Of a stretch of DNA of 64,000 nucleotides, positions 1-10,996 are shown in pieces; position 1 is the first letter of the stretch; each line of letters begins with the position of its first letter. The translations under genes and the position numbers were made by a program. The stretch lies in contig JAHLWZ010000856.1 of NCBI GenBank assembly GCA_020536535.1, positions 7,677 through 71,676 on the forward strand, in the 5' to 3' direction. Below the pieces are notes generated by a model. The model saw nothing but the letters and a program-made list of their open reading frames with translations, had not been told where the DNA came from and made no database searches. This DNA comes from Pelomyxa schiedti (Eukaryota > Protista > Evosea).

Positions 1-1411
1 GAACTCTACAATGCCTTGAACAAAGTCGGTGCAGCCACAACAATGTATTACACCTACGAACCTCTAACATGATTAAAGCTTGGAGATCCATTTATGCTTC
101 GCGTTGTACCTGGTTCTTTGAGCCATTCTATTGTTTGTGCACTCGGCCAGTAAGACGCTACTTCAATAAAATGAGGTTAATACTTTTATAGATGTAACCT
201 TCAGTGGGGCTTGGCCCTTGGTGAACATTGTGTCCTCTTAGCACCACACATGACAGTACCTCAATCAACACTGTTAACAACACCAACAAATTTATCTGAA
301 ATACGAGTTTATTTCTCAGAGAGATCAGGACAAGGACCAGAATCACTTTCACATTTTTCCTATGTTCACACGGCATTCAGCGAGTCAATTTCACGGTTAA
401 TGTTTGGTATGACTATACCTGATACCTCTATTGAAGTATTTATTTCTATTTTTTTAGCACAACATTATTTCTGGCTGGCAAAAATGCCCATGGACAGTGT
501 ATTGGAAGCTTTACACAGATTTCTACAACCTTGGGCATCCCTTTTGGTTCACTTCACCAATAAAAAAAAAACCCCTCATCAGTAATAGACAAATGTTGCC
601 CTATACCTTGAGCACACTCAAAATACAGATTCAGAAACCTGCAACCAAACTCGTCGTTGCAGTCACCACCTGACTCAGTTAGCATTTCAAAAAACGCAGA
701 TAGATGTATGGTTACATGAGCTGTGTGAAATGCAATGCAACTGGTTTGGCTTTCTTTATATCCGAGTATTTTTCCTTCATTTTCTTTCTTCTCTCAGTCT
801 TTTGTTAAGGAACCAACTCCAGATGAAAACTTCGCTCGAACAGAAGGAAAAGAGGTTCAGGGCAACCAAAACACTCTTGCAGGAAATCTGCCCTCAGCCT
901 GCATTTTTACTGCACTCACACCTTCATCTATTATATTTTATAATACACAACAAATCGGGAACAGTTTATACGAAAACCTACCCCCTATGTATGTACTCGG
1001 TGCTCTTACAATTCTTGACATTAAACCAATAGACTGTCGACTATACCACTAACCTGGATAAGGAAATTAGACATTGTAACCCAACACAACTCATTCATGA
1101 AACTCACGTGTGTATACATCCCTCTTTGCACCACTGCGCTCACTGTCATGTTACAGCAACTTTATAACAGCTCCATCTCCGGAAGCTCCCTTAATTACTC
1201 ATATTCTTTATGCCTCAGGCTCGCAAGAAACGGTATTCTTCCACTTGTACCAATTGCCGCTCATCAACCACAAGGAACTTTGGCTAAGTGCTATTACCAA
1301 TGCTTTTCAAGCACTAATGGTTTCACAAAACCTGTAACACTACCACTACTGACAACAAACACTACTACAACAATTTTGGCCATGTTATGGTGTTATTTTT
1401 TTTCTCTCTCT

Positions 1412-3289
1412 CTACGAAGCATTGAGGGTGGTTAGTAGTTGTGTGACTTGTGATTGTACTGGTGAGTCTGGCGGGCAATCAAAAAGGTGAGCCTGAAGTT
1501 CTGCATTTTCTGCAAGACTGCCAGCAATAGGCGGGTGGCTCTTGGTTATTTGGCACAGAGACATTACTAGCCTTTCACCTACAGAGTTTTGGGAGAAATT
1601 TGTTGCGTCACCAAGGAAATGGCATTGGGAAACATACTGGAAGCATCCAAAGCGGCAGTGGCCAGGCTTTCCGCGACTGCAGTTGCACAACGCCTCGCAG
1701 CTGCAGTTGCTTTAGCGTCCTTACCGTCAAGACTAATACTATAATTATATACAAGACTGGAGGCGGCCTAAACGCATTGGTACGAGGGAAAGTGATATGC
1801 CAAAAAATAAACCTGTTTGACACCAGTGTCAGTTGACCCAAGCAAAGGCAGTATAAGGTTGAGAACTCGGTCAAGCCGTTCAGGAACTAGCATGTAAAAC
1901 TCTCCTTCCCGAGTAGCAAAGATGTTAGAAGTCAGTTCTAAGCCCATAATTTTAATTTTCCTATCCATGTGGGAGACTGTCTTCTCGATCAATGCCTTCA
2001 GAGGGTCACCTATTCCAATCAGGATCAAACTATTACAATCGCTCAGGGAAAAGCAAACCCTCATGTGAGGTGTAGTAATGTGCAACTGGGGGTACAACAA
2101 TCAGCATGCGAAAAATAAATAGCACGTAAAATAAATCTTCAGCCGGCCATGAAATCATTTTGTCTGAGGTAGTGTCAGTCAGAGTGCATTATGAGGAATT
2201 CTTGTGTTTTGGTGCATTGATGTGTGGCGTAGAGTACAGGGAAAAAACCAAAGAGAGCATAAACTGACTGGTGAGGGGGTTGCGTCATTCGAATTGGGGA
2301 TGAGGTTGGGGGAAAAAAATTGTTGAGGTGGACAAATGCATCCTTATCTTCAGCAGAAAGTTGCGAATTCTTAAGTGCTCTGACAATTGTTGTCAAGTGA
2401 GAATGAAAAAGAGGACTGAGGCTAGTGTAACCTACTTAATCATTATGGTGGCCGGTTCAACTGCACCTTTAACAGAAAGAAGTGGATTTTTGTCAGAATG
2501 CTGCTGAGCACTTGCTGTGGACATTGATGCAGCTGCCGCTGGAGCTGGAGGGACGAAAAGTGGGGACGGGGGCATGCTTTGAGGAAACTGTCAGAAGAAA
2601 AGAAGATTGGAAGAGACTACAAGCCAGTATTGCTCGCAGCAAGTTGTTTTTTCATGTCGGCCTCCATCTTTAATATGAATGGCTTGAAGGCTCTACCAGC
2701 ATCAGTATTCATTATCTCATCAGCTTGTGTCATAATCTCTGTTTGCAAATCACTTAGGCCAAAAATGGGTCTTGCTTGCAAAACCAGGAGGATTGGAGTT
2801 GCCAGTTAAAAACAAGTTGAGCTCGTTTGTGAAGTTGTTACAATTGTTGCTCAACAAACTGTAGGTTTGTGGCGTGTATTGTGGCCGTAAACCATTGACA
2901 TAATCATCGACAAGTTCCTTTGGAACAAAAGTGGAACCAAGCCTATACGAAATTAAAGCTCACATGATGAATAATCAACCCACTTGTAGCTTTTCGTCGG
3001 AGCGCCAAAAGGAGTGCGGCCCTTAAAAGAATTGAGGTAAGGAAAGCGGAAAAAGAACATACTGGCCGCATCACGCCAATTTCTCCTCCCCAAAAATACT
3101 CGTATCCATGAACAACCAAGCCTGTGTGCCTGGATGTTGCATTACATTTTGTGCAATTTTTTTTTTGGGAACCCACCATATGCCTTCTATATGCTTGCCA
3201 ACGATGGAGTCAGACAACCGAGCAGCCCATCCGCCAGAAATGTCGTAGCAGTTTAACGACACCGGTGCGCTTTCCTCATCATCACCCAT
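1412..3289 (-). CDS. PPPDE/DeSI-family isopeptidase with C-terminal helical (PUL-like) region, multi-exon
   Basis: Spliced reading gives MGDDEESAPVSLNCYDISGGWA...IEGIWHTGLVVHGYEYFWGG and YSLLSNNCNNFTNEL, the His/Cys catalytic dyad motifs of DeSI1. The 3' end is taken from the last ORF fragment (1412..1690) and is less certain. Confidence 0.85.
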
Positions 3290-3524
3290 TTTTTTTTGTT
3301 TTTGTAGGTGTAGACTCAAATTGGTGAGGGACCGAAAGGACAACTCACAATTACCTGTAAGCAAACAGGTGAGTTCTGCCAAGACAAGATTGCAAAGGGG
3401 ATCCCCCAAGTTGGTTCGGGAGTTTCCGCCTTTGAATAGTCTCGTTCTTCGGAAAAAAAGACGAAACCTTTAAAAGAGAGAGAACGAAACGACAACCAAC
3501 AACAAAGAAAAAAAAAAAAGCAAC

Positions 3525-5889
3525 ATGTTTCGTAAGATCTTTACGGTTACCAACCGAACGGGGCACGAGACCGAACTCTCCCTGGCCCCCAGTAAGCTCA
3601 ACGAGCCATCTGCCTCCCTCCTCGTCTCACGTTGCACCGACTGCACCGTGCACCTCCCCTCACAGCCTCCTCAGTCTCCCACACCCACGCCGGCCACCAC
3701 TACCACAACGCCGCCGTCGTCGTCATCACCGCCACCATCAACACCAACAGCAACAGCAACCACTGCCACAACCATCCCACAAGTCCAATCCACCGATGGT
3801 GGTGCAGTCTCGCCTCCGACGCCTACACCTCCGCCTACGCAGCCACCAACAAAGGCGGTTGATGCTAGATTCCCTACGAGTGTTACTCCTGGTCCAAAGG
3901 CGGCAAAATTGATGTGCGCCAGCCCCATTTTGTGCTACCCCCTTGTGGGATTTTTTTTTTTTTTTTTAATTTGCTATTCTTCCAGTGTAGAAAATTGTAA
4001 GAATACGACAGTTATAATTGATGTTCAGCTACTCTCGGGAACTGCAGGTTTTAATCCCTTTCTTGTACTTGCACAACTTGTTTTCCTACCCACTTTCTTC
4101 CCCTCCAGACCTTATTTCTCTAAGTGGCTGTACTGTGGAGTTCCGCAGAGTAGTACCAACACTTCAGATTGATGGTTGCACCAACCTTTCTGTCAAACTA
4201 GCGGGACCGTGGTTTACAGCTCCGGGAGTTGCTTTGATTTCGTATTTCTCTAACATTGTTTTTATTAAGTCTAATATTTTTCAAAAGAGCCAAGAATACT
4301 AATCTCCGGTTACTCCTGGGCGAGATAGAATATGCTGTACCTGACCATGATGTCCAGCAGATAACGTAAGTTGGTGTCAAGTAAGATTTTCTCATTGTGT
4401 CACAGTAAACTTGATTGCGGTCGTCTTGTCACTTGTCCAGCAGTTTGGGATGGAGCTGGGTACCCAACCACGCAAAAAGAAAAGGAATTCCAGGTACTGA
4501 TTCTATTTCTTCCGTGTAAGTAAAACATTTCCAGGATGCAAAAATGGAGAGACTTGAACAACTCATGGAAGAGCGACTACGAGGACTGACTACAATTAGT
4601 GCAAAGCCCAAACCAGCTACCACAACTCCTCCTGCCACAACAGAAACAAAGCCAATAGAAGAAACTCCAAAACCAACAGATGAATCACCAAAGCCCACCC
4701 CGGCAACTCAGCCTGCTGAATCAATCCCCCCACCTTCTGTATGCGTAGCCTTAACGCCATAGTCGTGACAAATTTGCAGGGATTATTCAGTGCTATATCT
4801 AAATTCGACGCAGCGAAGCTCAAACCTACCACTACTCACGTTACCCATGAAAATGTTGTATTTAATGAGACAAGAACACCTACTGGTTATGGACACGCAG
4901 ATGGTGATGACATTACTGTACCTTTCAATTTTTAAATATCGCAACTACCTTCTGACTTCAGATGCAGGAATACTTCGATGAGCCAGCTGTGCTTGACAAA
5001 AAAATACAACAACTTGCTGAACTTGTGAAAAACTCTCACTACATGGTAATCTACACCGGTGCCGGTATAAGTACTTCAGCCAAGATACCGGTATGGACTA
5101 GTTCACTTTCATACGGACCACTGATAAATGATAGGATTATCGAGGCCCTGAGGGTGTATGGACCAAGCGAGACAAAGGGGAGACTGTAACAATGAAAATC
5201 ACTTTGGAAGAGGCAATGCCCACCCGTGGACACATGGCCATTGCAAAACTTGTTGAACTGGGAACCTGCAAATTTGTTGTCAGTACAAATGTTGATGGTC
5301 TCCACCGAAGATCGGGTGTACCAAAGGCTAACATTGCTGAAGTGAGGAGATATTCCCGAGGATTATTCTAATAACCGAATAGGTTCATGGAAACTGTTAT
5401 CTTGAGCGCTGCAACCAGTGTGAGGCAGAGTACATGAGGACCTTTGATGTAATGAGGGATGCCCCGCCTGATGGCACCCGTCATCAAACTTCTAGACTGT
5501 GCACCAAGTGCTCTATTCCTCTCCAAGACAGCATAGTTCATTTTGGGGAAGCACTTCCTGAGGTAACAGTTTCACTTGTCCCTGCGTACTGAGATTGATT
5601 TGATTTGTACATGTAGACGGAACTGGCTAATGCACAGACTCACAGTAAGGCTGCCGATTTGGCCCTAGTTTTAGGAACAAGTAAGGATTCTCAACAACAG
5701 CTTTCTTCTAATGGTCTTGATGCAGGCATGATGGTTCAACCTGCTTGCTTGTTCCCACTAATGGCACGGCGGATGGTGATTTGCAATTTACAAAAGACTA
5801 GATATGATTCCAGAGCCCAGGTCGTTCTACATGCAAGGACTGACATAATTCTGGAAAAACTACTGGTTGCACTGGGCATAGAATTTTAA
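3525..5889 (+). CDS. Class IV (SIRT6/7-like) sirtuin with N-terminal CAP-C/cofactor-C-like beta-helix and a WH2/beta-thymosin motif, multi-exon
   Basis: Sir2 motifs: [73 protein letters not shown]. N-terminal repeats LLVSRCTDCTVHL, VENCKNTTVII, LSGCTVEF, LQIDGCTNLSV. Central GLFSAISKFDAAKLKPTTT. Confidence 0.85.
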
Positions 5890-5938
5890 GATGTAAACGC
5901 TTCAGTAAACAAAAGTATTAGTTTTCCCGTTGGTTGTT

Positions 5939-7334
5939 TTATCCTGTAAGTTGATTCATTTGGCAATAATCTACAAAGTCTGTGTACAAGCAAGGCCCTG
6001 TGAAAGGATTCCAATGAATTTCGGAAAGATTGAGTGGTGCATACAAGGGTCATCTGGGTTCCAAGTTGAAAAGTTTGGAGGAATAGCTTGTGAAAAGTCA
6101 AAGAAGCAACTCCACTGGTCTGAACAAGAGGTTAGAAGATGAGATAATTGTGACAGCTACCACCTTTATTTAACATTTTGGTGCTCCCTTCCTTGAGGAA
6201 AGTAGAGAAGTTCGTAACATGATGGAACCCTGGCCTACCCAGCAAAGCAATAGATATCATCTGACCAGCATATATACTTTCCAGTAACTGTGATGTTGGT
6301 TTATAGTTGTCGATGTGTGAAAAAAGAGATATGACCTTGTGCTCAGGAGTTTCTTTGGAAAAATCAAAGGCATACTGGTACATTTTCTTGAGTTCGGGCA
6401 CATTGGAATTGAGTGATGAGTTTATGCTTTTTAGTTTTGGAAGCAGCTCTGAAAGCGTTTTGCATCTGGAATGCACTCAGCAACCTAAAACATATAATTT
6501 GAAGTACTTGAGGGCCTTCATTCCGCCCATAAACTCTTCCTTTGAAAGGTACCCGTTTCGGGCTGCCCCAAATTTCCATGCCAAAACTAGAGTGAGAACC
6601 TTGAATAAATCAGGCAAAGAGTGGAGGAGAGGGGACAAACGTCATCAGGGGCCACTCCAAGTTGTTCACATAGAGTCTCAACACCATCCGGATTGATACT
6701 ATCTTCCCCTTTGCTAAAAGTATTAAATAAATCAAGCAGTTCATCTGGAGGGCTCGGTTCTACTGCAGTTGCAACTGGTTTGGTGGTTGCGGCTGTGGGT
6801 GTTGGTGTCACTGATGTCGTTGATGTCACAGGGCTGGGGGTTGGTGTAGAAGGTGTAGGGGAGGCACTTGTAGTTACAGTTATAGGTGCAGGTTTAGGAG
6901 TTGTGGATGTTGTTGTGGTGGAAGTGGAAGTTTTTGTGGTGGGAGTACTAGTAGGTTCCCCTTTGGCTTTACCTGGCGGGGCTGAATGGCTTCCATGAAC
7001 TTTCTCTGACTGACTTCATCAGATAGGAATAAATGGAATACAAGAAAAGACATCATACACATGGTGTGTACATGGCAGGTGACATGCACCTTTTATGTGT
7101 GGAGTACTTGCACTCTATTGGTTTTTATTGACCAGTCAGACAAGGTATCATAATTGAAAGAAACAACAACTGGTTTATTCAATAGGTTTCATTTTCGAAA
7201 ATTTTCCACGTACTTGAGCAACGGTATCCTTGTTTCGAAAACACGCCCCATATGAAATCATGGCAGTATGTGCACCATGTCAATTTGTGAAAATAATACA
7301 ATTTGAAATCGTGTCCGTCCCCAGGCCCAGACAT
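5939..7334 (-). CDS. DCN1-like (cullin-binding/PONY domain) protein with N-terminal C1 zinc finger, multi-exon
   Basis: DCN1 motifs INPDGVETLCEQLGVAPDD, LVLAWKFGA, MYQYAFDFSK, WSCFFDFS, WPCLYTDFVDY. The first exons splice to HDFKLYYFHKLTWCTYCHDFIWGVFSKQGYRCSKCKYSTHKRC...C, matching C1 spacing. Confidence 0.85.
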
Positions 7335-7649
7335 TTACGAACAAACCACCGTTATACTTGACGAATAAACGCAGATCTAGGAAGAAGAAGATCCAGACAT
7401 ACTTGACACCATCACAGCAAGGGGAGCACACCTTCGTGGAGTCAGTTAGGGGAAGATCGGAGAGAGGACTCTCAGTTTTGTCAACTTGGGGGACGACTGG
7501 GCCATCAGAGTTGGTCTTTTTCCAGGAAAAACAGGGGAGGAAAATAAAAGATAAAATAAAGAAAACCAAAATAAAGGTTGGGGTTGTAGTGCACGGCGAG
7601 GGGAGATCTACACGTTACGTAACGAACAGCGGTACAACAGAGTGTGAAA

Positions 7650-8912
7650 ATGGCGGGAATCAAAAAGAGCGTGAAAGTGGTGCTCGTTGGCGACGGCGCT
7701 GTTGGGAAGACTGTGCGATCTCCTTTTCTTTCTTTTTGGGTGTTTTCTAACGCTTCCTTAGAGTTTGTTAATTTCGTACACAACGTACGTTTTTTTTTTT
7801 TTTTTTTTTTTGTCTTTTTTTTTCTCCCGTTCCGACCACTGACCTTGTGTCCAAAATCAGTCACGCGTTTCCAAAAACCTACGTTCCAACGGTTTGCCTT
7901 TTCTTTTCCGTTATTTTTGACTCACTTATGTTAGGTTTTTGACAATTTCAATGCTATTGAAATGTACCTAAATAAACCTGTAAACCTTGTACTTTGGGTA
8001 TGACTCACTTTTCCTTTTTCCTACTGATGCTAACCACGCCCCAAGGATACAGCCGGTCAGGAAGAGTAAGTACAGTTCCTATTTAACGATTTTGCCCTTA
8101 CAACATTTCATGCATTTTGAAGCTATGACAAACTGCGACCATTGAGGTAAGGCTCCTATTCACTTCTATCAAAGCATGACAGTTTCTTTCCTTAGCTATC
8201 CTGATACGGATGTTTTCGTTATTTGTTTTGAAATCACAAGTCGAGATTCATACGAAAACGTAAGATCTAAGGTGTGACTCTTTTATTCCACGAAGCAAAC
8301 TCAAATTTGATCAGTGGATACCCGAAATTAGGCTTTCCAATCCTGATACACCCATTGTATCGCGTACTTATTCCCAAACATTCTAATTTCATTCCAAGAT
8401 TCTTGTTGGTACGAAGCTTGATTTAAGAAACGATATGAAGAAATTGCGGGAACTGGAAGCAAACCACCAGCAACCTATCTCACTAGAGGAGGTAATTAAT
8501 TCAAGTCCCCACAGATTGTGCTTACGGTGAAGTACAGGGTGAGGCACTTAAAGATCAAATTAATGCGGCATCTTATCTGGAATGCTCTGCACTCACCCAG
8601 AGTGGCGTGAATGAGATTTTCCACGAATCAATCAAAGTGGTGTTAGAAAAGGAGAAGGGCAGCAGCTCGAAGGATAAAAAGAAACCCAAACCAGCCACAT
8701 CAACGCATTCCTCCTCCTCAGCTGCCTCTACGCCGGCGACACCCATGTCTGCTTCCGCTTCCTCAACCACAACCACCTCCACTTCGTCATCCACCTCTAC
8801 CTCGACCTCTATGTCAGCATCCACCCCACCCAGTTCAACTAAGGCCACAAAGCCGTCATTCTTTTCTTGGAAGCGCAACAAAGACAAAGACAAAGACAAA
8901 GGAAAGCACTAA
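7650..8912 (+). CDS. Rho/Rac-family small GTPase with Ser/Thr-rich C-terminal extension and no CAAX, multi-exon
   Basis: [64 protein letters not shown]; ends [10 protein letters not shown]. Confidence 0.93.
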
Positions 8913-9095
8913 ACAATGCCACCAAAACGTGAACAGCAACAGCACCCCTTTGAACAGCAACAGACACCACGAAATTCCAACCAACCCAAACAAACAACCT
9001 GTTTATTTGAAACAACCCACATCATCCTCTTTGTAAGTCGTTTCTCTCTTGTTATTACTGCACACTACACATTCCACTAAGGGTGGCCTTTGTTC

Positions 9096-10720
9096 TCAGT
9101 GGTTGGAGTCCCTGTTGCCTTTGGCTTTTCCTTTGGCTTTGTTGTATAACGCTATTATACATGGGCCTTTGGTCACAGACATGATTGTGCCAAGAGCAAC
9201 GACTCGGGACATGTTGTGAACAATGATGGTGCCAAGGCGGGGGTGTTCTGTGAAAGGCTCCACAGATACCGGCCTCATGGGTATCATTAGAACTATGGCT
9301 GAGTCTCCTGGCCGAATGTATGTCGGATTGTGCTGAAGGACTTTACCACTGTGGTAGTCGATTTTGGCCTGAAGCTCGGCAAACCGGCACGCGAAGCGAG
9401 CTGCATGACAGTGAATCAGCGGAGAAAATCCAGGACGAATCGAAGTGCCATGGGGAAGAACAGTCACCTGGAATCAGTTTAGTGATTCCGTAAGTAACAT
9501 TGGATTTGGGAGCTTACGCGTGCCAGGAAGCTTGAAACTGATGAAGGTGGGTTATTGTCTGCATCCCCTGTTACGGCGCCTCTCCTAATGTCTGCTACTT
9601 CCACATTTTTCAGGTTAAATCCAATATCGTCCCGAGGCATTGCCTCGGCTAGGGGCTCGTGGTTCATCTCTATGGATTTCACTTGGGCAGTGATGTTGTC
9701 AGGTGCAAGTGTGATTGTCATGCCAGGCCTCAACACACCACTTTCCACTATACCAACAGCCACGGTTCCAACTCCGCTAATCATATAAGCTCCTTCAATA
9801 GAGATGCGGAGAGGTTTTTCAATAGGCATTGTTGGCGGTTCTACGAGATCAAGAGCCTCCATTAGTGTAGGGCCATTGTACCATTGTGCCATGGTGGAGC
9901 GAGTAACGAGGTTATCTCCATGCCACCCAGAAATGGGTATGAAACTGATATTATGAGGATTGTATCCAATCTATGGCAGTGTGAATTCAAGGCTTATTCT
10001 TCGCCAACAAGGCTTCCTTAAGACCTTTTCCAGGAAAGTGGACATTATTGTCTTCACATCCACATAGCGAGATTCGCTCCACTTCACTGACTTATCATCC
10101 ATCTTGTTGACCAAGACAATCATGTGCCTGACGCCAAGTGTGTAAGCCAGCCATACATGCTCTCTCGTTAGTCCCGTCATGCTAATTCCAGCCTCAAACT
10201 CCCCAAGTGGTGCTGCAACTACTAGAAGAGCCACATCAGCCTTCCCATTTTTGGTACCATATTTCAATACATGTTGGCAGCTCCAATGGGGAAAAAGAAG
10301 AAGAGAGAAGGAGAGGAAAAGAAAAAGAAAAAAAAAAAGGAATGTAATCAACACAAGTCAGTGATGGCACACCAGACACGTTGCAGATATCATGTTTCCC
10401 ATAAAGTCCCTGTGGCCCGGGGTGTCGATCACTGTGCACAGGCGGGCCCTCGTCTCCACGTCCCTGGCGGCCGCCTCTGTCGTGATCTCCCGCTCCCTCG
10501 CGGCCCTGCGGCGGTCCATCAGCAGGGCGTACTTCCTGCCGCCGGACATGCCCCGCGACTCCCTCCACCTCTCGCTGGCCTCCACCTCCCTCGGCCCCAC
10601 GGCCCCCATCGCCACGGCGAGGTGCCCCGCCGTCGTGGACTTGCCGCTGTCCACGTGCCCAATCACCGCGGCCCTCACTCGTGGTTTGCCGTTGTTGGTG
10701 CTTGCTGACGATACTCTCAT
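9096..10720 (-). CDS. Divergent translation elongation factor 1-alpha paralog
   Basis: GHVDSGKSTTAGHL, IDTPGHRDF, GEFEAGIS..GLTREH, VNKMDD, ISGWHGDNL, WYNGPTLMEALD, KPLRI...GVGTVAVG, domain III VEPFTEHPRLG. Confidence 0.9.
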
Positions 10721-10996
10721 TACGGTTCGTTTGGAAAGTGAGTGCGTTTGATTGGTTTCGTAGAATTGTGGGACCTCATGAAGAAGGGGGAAAAGCAAGA
10801 TGGTATGGTTGCAATGAGGGTTTTCTTTTTCTTTTTTGTTGTCCCAATTCATTTGGGATTTTTATAAAAAAAGATGATGTGGGGATTTACTCATACATGA
10901 GAAGGCCGACAGTCCCTTGGTGGGAGTGCAGACTGTCATGAATGAGTCTGTTGATTTGGATGTGTGCCCATTTTCTTTTACAATGCCAGAGTAATT

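Noticed and set aside
1-1400. Short + strand ORFs (211-585, 730-1052, 1097-1435)
   Set aside because: No recognisable motif or consistent exon chain; may be a decayed element or the end of a gene outside the window.
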